From the NCBI RefSeq assembly GCF_028641065.1, contig NC_073377.1:91698001-91762000 (forward strand): DNA of 64,000 nucleotides, read 5' to 3'. The translations under genes were made by a program, and so were the position numbers. This document shows positions 1 through 12,269 of the stretch, one piece after another (positions within the stretch are counted from its first letter, which is position 1; each line of letters starts with the position of its first letter). Below the pieces are notes generated by a model that saw only the letters and a program-made list of their open reading frames with translations, ran no database searches and was not told where the DNA came from. The DNA is from Leucoraja erinacea. Taxonomy: Eukaryota.

Positions 1-292
1 TTCCTCTGTAGTGACTAGGAGAGGGTGACCTACTCCTGTAATAAACTGTTTTAATGTTACAATGACTGTTCAGTAGTGATTTTAAGTTGCCATAATTATT
101 ATTAATTGATGCACACAAATGTCAGCTTGTAATACCAGCATGTAATTAATAAACTATTAATTATGAATGATGTTGCTGTATATGTTTTAGGAGTTTTAAA
201 GTCAGCCTTATTGGAAACTATGTGCTGTAGCTGAGTGGATCTCCTGAGCGCAAGTACATTGAGGGAAGCTGCCAGGCTGGGTCCCTAGTGTC

Positions 293-593
293 GGGGTGGC
301 ACGGTGGCACAGCGATAGTTGTTGCCTAACAGCGCCAGAGACCCAGGTTTGATCCTAACTACGGGCGCTGTCCGTACGGAGTTTGTATGTTCTCCCTGTT
401 ACCGCGTGGGTTTTCTCCGAGTGGCCTGGTTTCCTCCCACACTCCGGGTTTGTAGGTTAATTAGCTTTGGTAAATTGTAAAATTGCCTTTAGTGTGTCGG
501 ATAGTGCTCATGTACGGGGATCGCTGGTTGGCGCGGACTTGGCAGGCCAAAGGGCCCGTTTCCACGCTGCATGTTTAAACTAAACTAATCTAA
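293..593 (+). mobile_element. V-SINE/HE1-like tRNA-derived SINE
   Basis: tRNA-like head (ggtggcacagcg...ggtttgatcct), V-core gggttttctcc...ggtttcctcccacactcc, (TAAAC)n tail; >10 similar copies in window. Confidence 0.85.
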
Positions 594-990
594 ATTGGTA
601 ATGCACTGTTGCAATAATAACATTTTGAACCAAAAACATTTTTACTTACTTATCGCTCTGATTTATTTTTCCCTTGCCTGAATACAGAAGGTTCTCAATC
701 TTAGGTTTCTCACAACACACACCATCACCTTGTATGAGACACATGAGCTTCTTCTAAGCAATGGACTCTGATTGTAAAGGTTGCTTTGTTTTGGGGAAAA
801 CTAAGGTCATTAAAAGCCAGGGCACCATGGACTAGAAACTGATAGCAGATTGTCTCATCTGAGAAAGTCATCATCGACAAGATGTCTACCATCATCATTG
901 AAGATACGAATGAAACCTATGAATGATTTTTTTAAATAAATGAGACCTGAAATCAGGAGAAAGCATTGAATCGTATGTTGCAGAGTTGAA

Positions 991-1802
991 ACATAGGAGC
1001 TTGAAACTAGAAATTAGGTGCAGGAGTCTGTGATTGGCCCTGAGCCTGCAAAGCCATTCATTGATCATGGCTGATCATCCAACTCAGTATCCCGTACCTG
1101 CCTTCTGGTCTCTCCATACCCCCTGATCCCCTTAGCCACAAGGGCCACATCTAACTCCCTCTTAAATATAGCCAATGAACTGGCCTCATATACCCTCTGT
1201 GGCAGAGAGTTCCAGAGATTCACCACTCTCTGCGTGAAAAAACAGTTCTTCTATCGATCAAATTTCCCCTTTATCCTTAAGCTTGAATCACTTGTCCTGG
1301 ACTTCCCTATCTCGGGAATTTCTGGGAGATCTAGACTATAACCCCTTAAGAAGCCAGAAGTTTCTAAAGATCCCCTCTCAATCTTCTAAATTCTAGAGAG
1401 TATATACCAAGTCTATCCAGTGGTTCTTCATAAGACAGTCCTGACATCCCAGGAATCAGTCTGGTGAACCGTCTCTGCACTCCCTCTATGGCAATAATGT
1501 CCTTCCTCAGATTTGGAGACCAAAACTGTACGCAATACTCCAGGTGTGGTCTCACCAAGACCCTGTACAACTGCAGTAGAACCTCTCTGCTCCTATACTC
1601 AAATCCTTTTGCAATGAAAGCTAACATACAATTCGCTTTCTTTACTGCCTGCTGCACCTGCATGCCTACCTTCAATGACTGGTGTACCATGACACCCAGG
1701 TCTCGCTGCATCTCCCCCTTTCCCAATCGGCCACCATTTAGATAATAGTCTGCTTTCCTATTTTTGCCACCAAAATGGATAACCTCACATTTATAATGCA
1801 AT
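991..1802 (-). mobile_element. 5'-truncated CR1 LINE (ORF2 C-terminus + 3'UTR)
   Basis: ORF 1364-1876 has KCEVIHFG, RDLGV, LYRVLVRPHLEYCVQFWSP, RRLRGDL; flanking TTGAA at 986-990 and 1803-1807. Confidence 0.92.
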
Positions 1803-2039
1803 TTGAAGGAGCTTGCTAAAACATACAACTTCTGTGAGTGCCTGAGAGAAAGCCTCATTTGAGATCGCATCGTCATTGGTATTGCAGACTAGGAAGACAC
1901 TACTTCAAAAGTTGAATCTGACACTGCAGGGGACTGTGGGCATATGTAGATCCTCTGAGGTAACAGTGGCAAGAATGCAGCTTGAGGGAAAACACAGTGG
2001 ACTATCTATCAAATCTATAAATCCACTAATTTAATCACA

Positions 2040-2528
2040 GTGGACTATCTATCTAATTTCTGGGAGATAGACAGACTATACGACCTGAGTAGCCAGACGA
2101 TCGTTGTGGAACTCAAGAGTCACTTTTCAAGATACGGAATTCCCAGCACTGTGGTAATCGACAACAGGACACACTCATCAGAGGAGTTCGCCAAATTTAT
2201 CAGGAAATGGCCATTTGACCACTACACAATTTCTCCAAGACATAGCCAAGCTAACAGAAAGGTGGAATCAGCAGTCAAGGCAGCTAAGCGAGTGCTGAAG
2301 AAAACTAATCATTCTAAGACAGATGTTTACTTGGCAATACAGGAATTACGCAATACCCCTGCACAAGGAGTGAACAGTAGTCCTGCACAAAGACTACATG
2401 GAAGGAGAACAAGGACGACTCTTCCAACTACATCTAAACTCCTCAAACCACGTGGTGCTGAGATACTCACAGAAGAGAGGAAAAAAATGAAGGGTTTGCA
2501 AGGAAAACAGTCAAAAATCTACAACTGA
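2040..2528 (+). pseudogene. Gypsy integrase (rve core) remnant
   Basis: DYLSNFWEI...FSRYGIP..VVIDN...SPRHSQANRKVESAVK...RNTP...SPAQRLHGRRTRTTLP. Confidence 0.88.
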
Positions 2529-2947
2529 CATGCCAAGGATCTGCCAATCCTGGAAGAAGGTGATGTCGTAAGACTAAAATCCTACAAACTAGGAGATACC
2601 AGATGGCAGAGAGCAACAGTCCAGAGACGATTGGATGAGAGATCATACGAAGTCGAGACAGAGTCAGGACTTCCAATCTGGCGTAATCAAGTGGATCTAA
2701 ACAAGACCAGAGAACGTAGGTACATCACAGTTTTGCTGTGATGTACCTACGTGCTTATGTGAAGACAGCAGGTGAACATCAGCTTATGTTATTGAAATGT
2801 CACAAGTGTGACTTTGATTGAAATTGTGAAATAAGACAGAACAGTTGTTTTACTCTGTTAAGTTAAACCATATTACTACGTGTAATATTATGAAAAGTGT
2901 TTAAGTTAACTGTTTTGGGATCGTCGGAAATGTAATCCCAAAATGTC

Positions 2948-3077
2948 AAAAAGGAAAGGATGTGACAATATCCCTGTAATTTATGCATATGAGGTGCGCT
3001 CATTCTTGCAAATGCTCAATAAACCAGTCAGTGACCTTTGACTTGGAAATAAATCATTCCTGTTTTAGACTCCAACA
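2948..3077 (+). mobile_element. Polypurine tract and putative short 3' LTR of the Gypsy element
   Basis: aaaaaggaaagga (2948-2960) immediately followed by TGT...AATAAA...AACA; matching 5' LTR not found. Confidence 0.5.
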
Positions 3078-3527
3078 CGAGTGGGTGTGCAGCCATCTTT
3101 CTCTGTAGATTATGTACTAGTTTACTTATTTTATAAGTAGACTGATATCAAATCAACATGCTTCCTGCTGCCACCGCATTATAGCTAGTATGAATTTTAC
3201 ATGGTGCATGCCGCTCCAAAGATGCCTGATGTGGAGTAACCAGAGCAGTTTTACAAAGCTCTTCCCCATCTCCTTCCAGCTTCCAGCTAAGTGTGTTGCC
3301 TTAATTACTAAATAGCCAACATAGAGTTACATATTTTTGCACTGCATATTTCAATTGCTTAAAAAGTATAAAATAGTTAGTGGAAATCACGGATTTACCG
3401 CAAGCTCACTGCTCCTTGTGCTTACTGTGCCAATGCACACAATCTACAATTCTGCACAGTGGGAGTCCAACAATATAGAATCCCCAAATGAACAGCACAT
3501 CGGTAATGTTCAATCATGTATATGAGG

Positions 3528-3620
3528 TTGGAAGAAAGATCCCGACGTTAAACGTCACCCATCCTTTTTATCCAGAGATGCTGCCTGACTGGCAGAGTTA
3601 CTCCAGCACTTGGTGTCTCT
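3528..3620 (+). mobile_element. Penelope-like terminal repeat fragment (decayed hammerhead motif)
   Basis: gaagaaag...aaacgtcacc...ccagagatgctgcctga...gagttactccagca matches 23870-23965. Confidence 0.7.
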
Positions 3621-3804
3621 CTCATGGATCTGAGGTTCATGCTTTTCATTGGCAGAGAAGGTCCCCACAGCTCCTGAGAATCTTGCTTCATGTGTTCTCA
3701 CTAAGCAGATCCAGGCCAGCACAAAGAACCCAACCTGCATGGGAGCTTCGCACCGTACAACAGGCAAATAGGAAATGCTTGGTTACGGTCACTTTCATAG
3801 AGGC

Positions 3805-4028
3805 CTTTTTTCACACAAGGTGGGTGTATGGAACAAGCTGCCAGAGGAGGTAGTTGAGGCAGGGACTATCCCAATGTTTAAGAAACAGTTAGACAGGTAC
3901 ATGGATAGGACAGGGTGGGAGGGAATGGACCAAAAGCGGACGTGTAACTGGGACATGTTGGCCGGTGTGGGCAAGTTGGGCCAAAGGGCATGTTTGCACA
4001 CAGTATCACTCTATGACTCTATAACTCT
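3805..4028 (+). mobile_element. CR1 LINE 3' fragment
   Basis: VWNKLPEEVVEAG...FKKQLDRYM, ctctatgactctat tail. Confidence 0.85.
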
Positions 4029-4215
4029 AAGTAATTTACTTACATGACTCACTTTGCTGCAATCCACAAAAACAATCCCCTCCTCTCACTACCCCACCAC
4101 CCATACCTTGCTCCATCCTCACCATCTGATCTGATCTTGTAACTATCCCTGAGTCCTCAAAACCCAACTCCAATCCCAATGACTGAGCCCAATCTCTCCA
4201 ATGACTGCAAGTCAT

Positions 4216-5498
4216 TGTTACGACTCCCGAATGCAGGTACTTCAGAGCCGCGTAACATAAGTCAAAAAACCAGGTTCAAGTTCAAAAATCTTTTAATTAT
4301 TCAATGGAACACAAAACCCAAACCTGATTTAAACAACCCAGTCAGGGATATGGATGGACTAACAAACAATTAAACAGTGCTCCAGCCAGCCACGTAATGG
4401 ACCGTCGAACCAGAGACTCTAAAACCTGCCTAAAGAGATATAACCCTGAAACAAAATACACAAAAACACTAAGGTCAGCCCTTATCCGTCCCAATTCAAT
4501 ATTTGTTAACAAGGAATGGTGAAAGTACACAACAAAGTTCTATGCCATGTGGCCAGGCCTTCTGCAGCTCACACCAGCAGGCTGCTCACAAGTCAGGGTC
4601 GACGAAGAAGAGAGAGAATCCTGGGAGATTCTGGTATTTAAGCTTCAGATGAGTCACCCGTCACCTGACGCAGCTTGGCCAATCGGGTACAGGAGCCTTT
4701 AACCCCGTGATTCCTGACTCACAGCCACGCCTGCACTCAGGAGAAAACAGAAACAGGTGAGTACCCTATAACACCAGCAGAGGGAGCGCGTAACACCCCC
4801 ACCCTAAGATACTGAATAAGTTTCTGAAAATGAACTAAAAAACACCACCAAATTTCAGCAACTATTCAGTAGCACAGACATCACTGGCGCGACAATGCAT
4901 CAGCCAAGACATTATCTTTGCCACGGATATGCCTGATCTCCAGGTTGTAGTCTTGCAGCTGCAAACTCCAGCTCATTAACCGCCGGTTCTTATTCTTCAT
5001 TCTCTGCAAAAATACCAAAGGATTATGATCCGTGAGTACGATGACAGGGACATTCGAGGAGCCAACATAAACCTCGAAATGATTCAGAGACATTAAAACA
5101 GCAAGGGTTTCTTTCTCAATGGTGGAGTACCACTTCTGATAACGATTAAACTTCTTAGAGAAGTACGAAACTGGATGCTCCACCCCATCTGAATCATCCT
5201 GTAGAAGAACTCCACCAGCCCCACGATCACTAGCATCCACTGCCAGCTTAAATGGACGCTCAAAATCAGGTGCCGCAAGCACAGGTGCACGCACCAGAAG
5301 ACTTTTAGTATGATCAAAGGCTTGTTGACACTCTGCGGACCACACAAAAGCTACCTTCGGACTCAGCAAATCCGTCAAAGGGGCAGCCACCGCAGAGAAA
5401 TTTGGACAGAATCCTCTATAGTACCCAACCATAGCCAGATACCTACGGAGTTCAAACAGGTGAGTACCCTATAACACCAGCAGAGGGAGCGCATAACA
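4216..5498 (-). mobile_element. Deleted LTR retrotransposon with Gmr1-like order (pol ends at RNase H)
   Basis: Full LTR 4216-4795 (TGTTAC...GTAACA), PPT 4796-4809, RT/RH ORF, 45-bp stub of second LTR 5454-5498 matching 4751-4795, TSD GTCAT at 4211-4215 and 5499-5503. Confidence 0.9.
4881..5432 (-). pseudogene. Ty3/Gypsy RT connection + RNase H domain
   Basis: GYYRGFCPNFS..AAPLTDLL, LAVDAS..G.GGVLLQ, YSTIEKE.LA, TDHNPL, GKDNVLADALSR then stop. Confidence 0.92.
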
Positions 5499-5601
5499 GT
5501 CATAACCGCCAAGCCTCCACAACCAGTTTCATCTTTGACCAAGTTAATCACCGAGCTCCACTCCCTGATTAATAATCGAATTCCCCAACTAATGCTAACA
5601 A

Positions 5602-6247
5602 AGGGGGGCCCCCGGTGGGGGTCCCTCTACGCAGGGATTCCCCCCCTCTACATTGGGGACCGAGGTGTTTCCTGCAACCTGTTTCTCTCGCGGTTCACAG
5701 ACTCGCCAGCCGCCTGCCACTTTTGCGGGCTGGAAGAGTCTGTGTACCACGTGTACATGGAGTGCGTGAGGCTGCAGCCACTGTTTGAATACCTAAAGGG
5801 GCTGCTCCTTACCTTCTGGCTGCATTTTTCACCCACCATCCTCATCTTTGGACACTCTGTGCGTAGGGGAGAGGGTAGGGCTGAAGATGTCCTGGTTGGG
5901 TTGCTCCTGGGCCTGGCCAAGCTGGCCATCCACGAGTCAAGGCGCCAGACGGTGGAGGGCTCTACCCAAGCCGGCTGCCTGCCCCTTTTCCGGGGATACG
6001 TCCGTGCCCGGGTGCGGATAGAAAGGGAATACGCCCTGTCTACGGGCACCCTGAGGGAGTTCCGCGACCGCTGGGCACCGAGGGGGGTTGAATGTATCCT
6101 GGACAAGGATTGCAATATAGTTGTTTAACAGTTGCTTAGCGTATTTGTTTGTCTTGTATTATGGTGGTGTTTTGTTTTATTGTATTGTAAATACTATTTT
6201 AATATTTGAATAAATATTTTTGATTAAAAAAAAAACATTTTTTTTAA
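5602..6247 (+). mobile_element. Tx1/L1-clade non-LTR retrotransposon, 5'-truncated
   Basis: zf-RVT-like CHFCG.EES..H...EC motif; AATAAA + A tail; 15-bp TSD AACTAATGCTAACAA at 5587-5601 and 6248-6262. Confidence 0.9.
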
Positions 6248-6759
6248 AACTAATGCTAACAAGACAGGAACATGCTCCCCTTGTCCAGTGATCCCCTCCA
6301 TGCCTCCTGTGCTGGGCCTCATGTGCTACTAAATTTCTTATCAAGAAACTTCTAAATCAAATCTTCATTTCCCTGCCCATCAGTCACTGTCTTGCTTTAC
6401 AAATCATTTTATGAGAAGTTGAAGTCTCTCACTTCAACTTCTCATAAAATAAAGATCAAACTTCAAACGGTAAGTTTTTGTTTAATCTTTCTATTTTATA
6501 TCGAAGTCACGTGAGTGACTACGTGAAGCCTTAAAAGCTCTGATGTTTCATGCAGTAACCCAATCTGTGTGTGAAACACTTAAACAGATAAACCATAAAT
6601 GGTAGAAAAGACATGGGTTACTAACAACATGATGCTAACTTGCATACATGACCATTGCTCTTAATCGGACCACAATCCCAATTGGCTGTGTTAGACAATA
6701 ACTCATGCAACACTGTTCAGAATTCTATCTGCAATCATCCAGGCATATTCAACCAAATT

Positions 6760-7250
6760 TTATAACTTCTGAAGTGCACTATGTAAGTCTCCTGCTGTTG
6801 CAAGAAGATGATCAAATGGGAATATCCATGCTATTGGCTGCTAATGAGCCAGCCCCCTTGGAAGAGTGAGACTTGAAATTATTTGAATTCACACCCGCTA
6901 TTAGCTGCTGATACTCCATTCATGGTGAGATGGTCTGCACCAGCAATCTCTTGCAAAAACTATTAAATAACAATGAAGAAACGATTGTGACAGGTACACT
7001 AGCAAGCTCAGTGTACCTGTATACATAATAACACCCCCAATCCCCGATCAGGTGGGTATGCCATCAACTTTTCACGTCAGTTATGACCCAGAGACCGAGC
7101 CGGAGATTGAGTAAATACTGTGTTCTTTGTGCTGAAATCAGATGCTAAAAGCATAATCAACTTAAAAGATACTGCTCCCATTAGGAATACACTAGCTGAA
7201 TATGTGCTATATATCTCAAAAATAATTTACTGATACACATTCCACACTAC
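6760..7250 (-). pseudogene. DIRS tyrosine recombinase C-terminal remnant
   Basis: FKSHSSKGAGSLAA...IP / DHLLATAG...LQKL resembles the HS.R.A..S.A...IL..AGW...F.KFY box; frameshifted. Confidence 0.65.
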
Positions 7251-7649
7251 CATAAGTCTAGGCTTTTAGAGTGTTCATACAAAAGACACATTGCATAACA
7301 TTAGTCAACAGTGGGTGAATAACCAATTATGTATTGTCCCACATGGTATTATAGAGAATGACAAAGCAGCACAAGCAGTGTCAATTGTATTATAACATAA
7401 TCGCTTCTCTAAGCCCAAACTGAAAGAAACACAAACCTCTGCTACTTCTGTTAAAAAGTAGCTCACGTGTCCTCTTCACAAACTTCCCATACAACCGTGC
7501 AGAGAAATACGCGAGAAATAGGCTGAACTAGCAACTCGTGACCGAGTAAATAGGAGCTTCTTTCAGCCGCCATTAGACACCCTGAATGAGTAGGCCAAAT
7601 TGGCATTATTAAAATTCATGTCGCCTCATCTTTAATTTCATAAGAGGCA

Positions 7650-7900
7650 CCTACTGATAAACCCCTGAGTCTTATCAGTTACAAAAGCATGCCATCTATA
7701 AACACCATGACATAATGCCCTTTTGATCTGAGTAGGGCAGCATAGCTTTAAAATCTTTGTAAACTGAAGACTACCCCTAGGTAGAGCCTAAACGTTCCAC
7801 CACTGGCTTTGCCATCAAAAACACCAGATATATCTGTGCCTCTCGTGAACAGATATGGAAAAAACATGCATCTTCAAGATCGATTGAGGCCCTAAATCCT
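7650..7900 (-). pseudogene. DIRS reverse transcriptase remnant
   Basis: ASIDLEDACFSISVH.RHRY..F.WQ.Q.W...LP.G, FTKILK, LLRSKGHYVMVFIDG (decayed YIDD). Confidence 0.75.
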
Positions 7901-9109
7901 CAGAATCAGCTAAATTGCTGAAAGACAATTATTCATCTTAAACTGGTTAACCAAACACATGATCAGACTAGCCAAATCCTAACTTGATTTGGCATGCTAC
8001 ATTTCTCTACCCTTGAGAATTCTCAAAACTTTCTGGAGTTAAAGCCTTTCGAGTTTGATTTTACCTCAACTGATGGCATTAAACTACAAACCTCCAGTGT
8101 CTGATAGAATCAGAACCTCCACCAGATCCTTATGCAACTAGAATTGAAGCATAGCATCCACTTGGTGTGGGAATACGAGTTCCCTGTCAACTCCTCAAAG
8201 GCAGAATAACCCTCAGATTGGAAAATATCATAATGCAAGCGTGAACCAGGAGTTGCTGCCGCAGTTCTCTGCCTGGAACGACCTATCTCAGTCGCCAGTG
8301 TGCGCAACACATTTTCTTCACCATGGTGAGCGCGATGACCCACGGGCTAAAAAAGGCCTCTGGCTATAACTGAATTGAGTAGGCCTGGTGTTGCAACCAG
8401 CCTCAGAGTAACGATTCCTGCCATTAGTTATATATAGAGGTGGTATATCCGCCAGAATACTGAAGCTCTACCCACATAGGATGGTTCTACTACTCCCGCA
8501 GCCTAAAGTTCTTCCTGCAAGTCTTAAACTTGCTAACATAAGTCCTCTCCGAAGAGATACTTTGCAGGCTGCATGTTACTGGCCCTGCATAAATGAGCAC
8601 ATTTTTTAGGAAGTACCTCAGGGCTTATAGCATTTTGCGAAGGCAATTTAGCTCCAACTGCATATTACATCGAAGTGCTGATGCATCTTCTACACTATCG
8701 AAAGCTGAACCCATCAACTGCCCTTGCAAAGGCCGAAATTACATCAGTGACCAGTCTTTTGGATACGCTGAAATTTTAATTCTCTGCCCACGTATCACCA
8801 CTGAGATATCCCAAATGGTGAGATTGACATTTGGAACATCCGAAGTCAGGCAGTTCATCAGGACTGGCATATTTCCCAGCTGTATCCAGCATATACCCCT
8901 CCTTAGCTGGTTTAAGAAGTTAATTTACTGATGCTCGTAGCCAGATCTTCTCCAGTGGATCTCCTATCTCCGATGGGATGGCAAATTATGTGACAAGAGA
9001 CGGAACTCCTTCATATGATTAAACTGCAGCATATCCCCCGTTTGTTCAGGGGTTTCAAATTCCTTGTCGCTATCCCCATAGTCACAGTTACTTATGTAAT
9101 AATCTCCAG

Positions 9110-10860
9110 TACTCCCCTCTACTGAGCGGGAACTAAAATAACGCAACCCTGAACCAGGTTTTGCTTCCCCTCTTCTGAGCGGGAGATATTGAAATGCAAA
9201 CCTGAACCAGGTATTGCTTCCCCTCTTCTGAGCAGGAGATATAACACAAGCCTGAACCAGGTGTTGCTACCACAGGCATCTGACTGGAGCAGCCTGCAAG
9301 TGGCTCCTGAGCCAGGAGCACAATTCTATTATATACTGACTGGACAGGTCGCACCTGTTAATGACTCCGAGTCCGGGCTTGCTCCTTCTGGAGCTTCAAC
9401 GGAGTCTAGAGGGGAGGAATATAACGCAACACTGAGCCAGGTGTTGCTTCCTACAGGCATCTGGCTGGCTCCCTTTTTGAGCCTCGATGGAGGTGTCTGT
9501 ACTGCCGCACCTGTCTGCTCTCCGCGACCAGTCGCCTGCTCCCTTGGACCCCCAAAACGGAGGTGGGCCTCAATGGCGGTAGCTGCACCGGCCATGCCAT
9601 CAGCCTACTGAATCCGGTCACCTGCTGCCACTCGGAGCCTAATGGTGGTAGCTGCACCAGCCGAGCAGTCAGCTTATTGAATGCGGCCGCCTGCTCCTTT
9701 ACGGAGCCTCCACGGCAATAACTGCACAGGCTGTGCCAGCTTCTCCGGGACCACTGCGCCTATTTTTGGAGTAGCAGCCTGTTCCTGAAACAAATTCGTT
9801 ACCTGCCAGCGTCTCTGACTCCTGGCCACCCTCCTTGTTGGAGCTTCAGCGAAGTTCCATTGCAGACCAAGTCTGACCACATCTTGAGCCCCACGCTTGC
9901 CAAACAGCTCCCTTCCGGAGCTCAAAAGCGACATTACTGTGCAAGACACGCCTGTCAGCATTTCTGAGCCCATAGGACAGACTGCTGGTTCGGCCTACAG
10001 CCTCTTTGGAGCTTTGCTGGAGCTTACTGTGCAGGGCACGCTACCAGTTTTACTCCCAGCCTGGTTAGCCAGGCCACTCCTTCAGCCCCTTCTGTTCATT
10101 CGGAGCCTTAGTATTCTGAGTTTAATTCGACAGCCTTCTGTCTTTTTTTTTTCTCCCAGCATGGATTAACAGGCAGCTCATTTGGCCAGCTGCTCCTTCG
10201 GAGCCTCAGCGGGGCTTACTGGATGGATCACGCCTGCCAGTACTGTAAGCCTGGACCAATAGGCTGTTAATGCAGGGCCAGCTAGTGATTCCCGACTGCT
10301 CCTTTCTGGAGCTTCAACGGAGGAAGCTGTACGGGTCGCGCCCTTCAGCTTCTCCGCGTACCGCTGTCTGCTCCCTTCTGGCGCCTCCACGGAGGTGTCT
10401 GAACTGTGCGCCGTCAACTTCTCTGCTCCCATCCTGAGCCTTACTGGCGGCAGCTGCATGGGTCACGGCCATTAGGTTTCCTAATTCAGGCCTCCTGCTC
10501 TCATTAGGAGCCTGAAGGCGGCAGCTGTATGGGCCGCGCCCGACAGTTTTACTGATGCCAGTCGCCTGCTCCCATCTGGAGCCTCACTGGCTGCTTCACC
10601 AAGTCCGGCCGCCTGCTCCCGTTTGGAGCCTTACCGGCAACTTTACCAAGTCTGGCCGCCTGCTCCCATTCGGGGCCTCGTTAACAGCCTCACCAAGTCT
10701 GGCTGCCTGCTCCCGTTTGGAACTCTAACGGCGACATCCGGAGCCTCACTGGCGGCCTCACCAAGTCCGGCCGCCTGCTCCCACAATGGCGACAGCTGCA
10801 CAGGCTGTGCCCATCAGCTTCTCCGGGCCCGCTGCACCTCAGTTCCTCAAAACAAAATTG
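9110..10860. repeat. Degenerate GC-rich minisatellites inside the DIRS 5'/gag region
   Basis: ~52-bp unit x3 at 9112-9265 (cccctcttctgagc...cctgaaccagg); many gcctgctcc....ggagcct units; caagtc(c/t)ggccgcctgctccc repeated 10600-10785. Confidence 0.85.
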
Positions 10861-11090
10861 TCTTACCTGCCGGAGCAGTTTAGAACTGTTCCGATTCCCG
10901 CACCGTGTCGACGTATTGATGCGCATGTGGGCTGGCGGGCTCTTCATGTAGTCACTCACGTGACTTCGATATAAAATTATGATTATCCCCTTTACATTGA
11001 ACTGACAAATACCTTTATGAAAACAGTGGAATGTATCCTGATGGTAATTCCCTTTTATTGTATCAGAATACTGTGGTCTTGTCTAGTTTC

Positions 11091-11185
11091 TAAGTTTAGT
11101 TTAGTTTAGACATGTTGTGGAAACGGGCCCTTTGGCCTGTCGAGTCAACAATCACCCCGTACATTAGTACAATGTATTAGTATCC
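11091..11185 (-). mobile_element. V-SINE 3' fragment
   Basis: (GTTTA)n then ggaaacgggccctttggcc...atcaccccgtacattag. Confidence 0.7.
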
Positions 11186-12269
11186 TTTTATTTAGCATCT
11201 TTTGCACATCATGGTGTGAACAGCAGGTGTAAAAGTGGGGCTGTCAAGAAAAGCCTTGCTCACAAATACCTGAAAAAAAGATTGTGTGGGATGCTGAGAC
11301 ATAACCCAAGTCTTAGCCAAAACAGCTACAAATATAATCATGCCGAAATATTTAGAAATATTGAAAAATAATGGAAAAAAAGTAAAACAAAAAATGCAAG
11401 AAACAAACAATTTATAAAAGACTTTACAAAAGTCAAAAGATAATTACGTTTCTTAATTAGCAAGTCCTTAACAGAAATTTAAATAAAAATCTGGAACTGA
11501 TTTCAAACTCTTTCTAAGCATAAGTTCCCTTCTAGCTTATGTTCCTTCCTATCAAAATCAATGGGAATATATTATTTGCTCCTCCTCAGTCCTGTTGAAG
11601 AATCCTTGGGTGAGTTCCCTCTGTAAGTATTTGGCAATAAGCCTAAGTTCCTGCATTGAATTTTGTGTTGTTTAATGAAGTAGCAAAGTCTGAAGGTTTG
11701 CGTGAATTGCTGACATTTATTTGCCAATTTCCATTGTGGAGCAGGCAAGCAAGAAATGCTTGGTTACTGTCACTTCCATAGAGTGATGACTGGTAACACT
11801 GACACTTTTTCCATTGTTACTACCTCACACTCTGGGCTGTTGGGCATGTCAGATATATTAGGATTTAGAAAACATTTCCACTATGAAACAGCCCATTCAT
11901 CAAATTCTTTGAATGTACCTTTATTCTGGTGCAATAACCATGAGAGGACGTTCTCTAAAAAATTCCTGCCAATGCTAGTGAGCCCAGAATCACTGAAAGG
12001 TTCACCTCCCTGTAGTTTTGTTACAATAAGTGTATTATGAGACTGATGTCAAACAACATCATTATCATTTCATATTTTTAAGAAGCATATTAAACTTCTG
12101 TAGATTCTGTTTGCTCCAGATGCGCATTTTCATTTTTGTTGGCTTTATTAAGACCGAATCAGCCAAAATCTGCGGAATGAACAAGATAGAGTACCGCCAA
12201 AAAACAACCTTTATTGAAGACAGCAAGCAACTGTCACTAACAGTAAAGACCGGTAAAACAATGTACCAA

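Larger units (their letters stand above)
895..2720 (+). mobile_element. Internally deleted Ty3/Gypsy LTR retrotransposon (gag remnant joined to integrase), split by a CR1 insertion
   Basis: gag-like peptide ESIESYVAEL|KELAKTYNFCECLRESLI*DRIVIGI across the CR1; integrase follows; no PR/RT/RH between. Confidence 0.8.
6406..10977 (-). mobile_element. DIRS1-type tyrosine-recombinase retrotransposon (degenerate)
   Basis: Minus strand: gag-like AHLC...LFGEDL (~8540-8600), RT-like (~7700-7890), YR-like (~6760-6900); 36-bp inverted match 6493-6528 / 10942-10977; terminal hairpin 6406-6450. Confidence 0.85.

Noticed and set aside
991-1370. Patchy clustered divergence of the CR1 3' part relative to the same-subfamily copy at 36219-36580
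   Set aside because: Most simply local consensus/polishing error or ordinary decay; cannot be interpreted without reads.
9110-10860. Repeat-spacer-like pattern and many overlapping ORFs
   Set aside because: Inter-repeat segments are related to each other (minisatellite); ORFs are short by-products of GC-rich repeats within DIRS.
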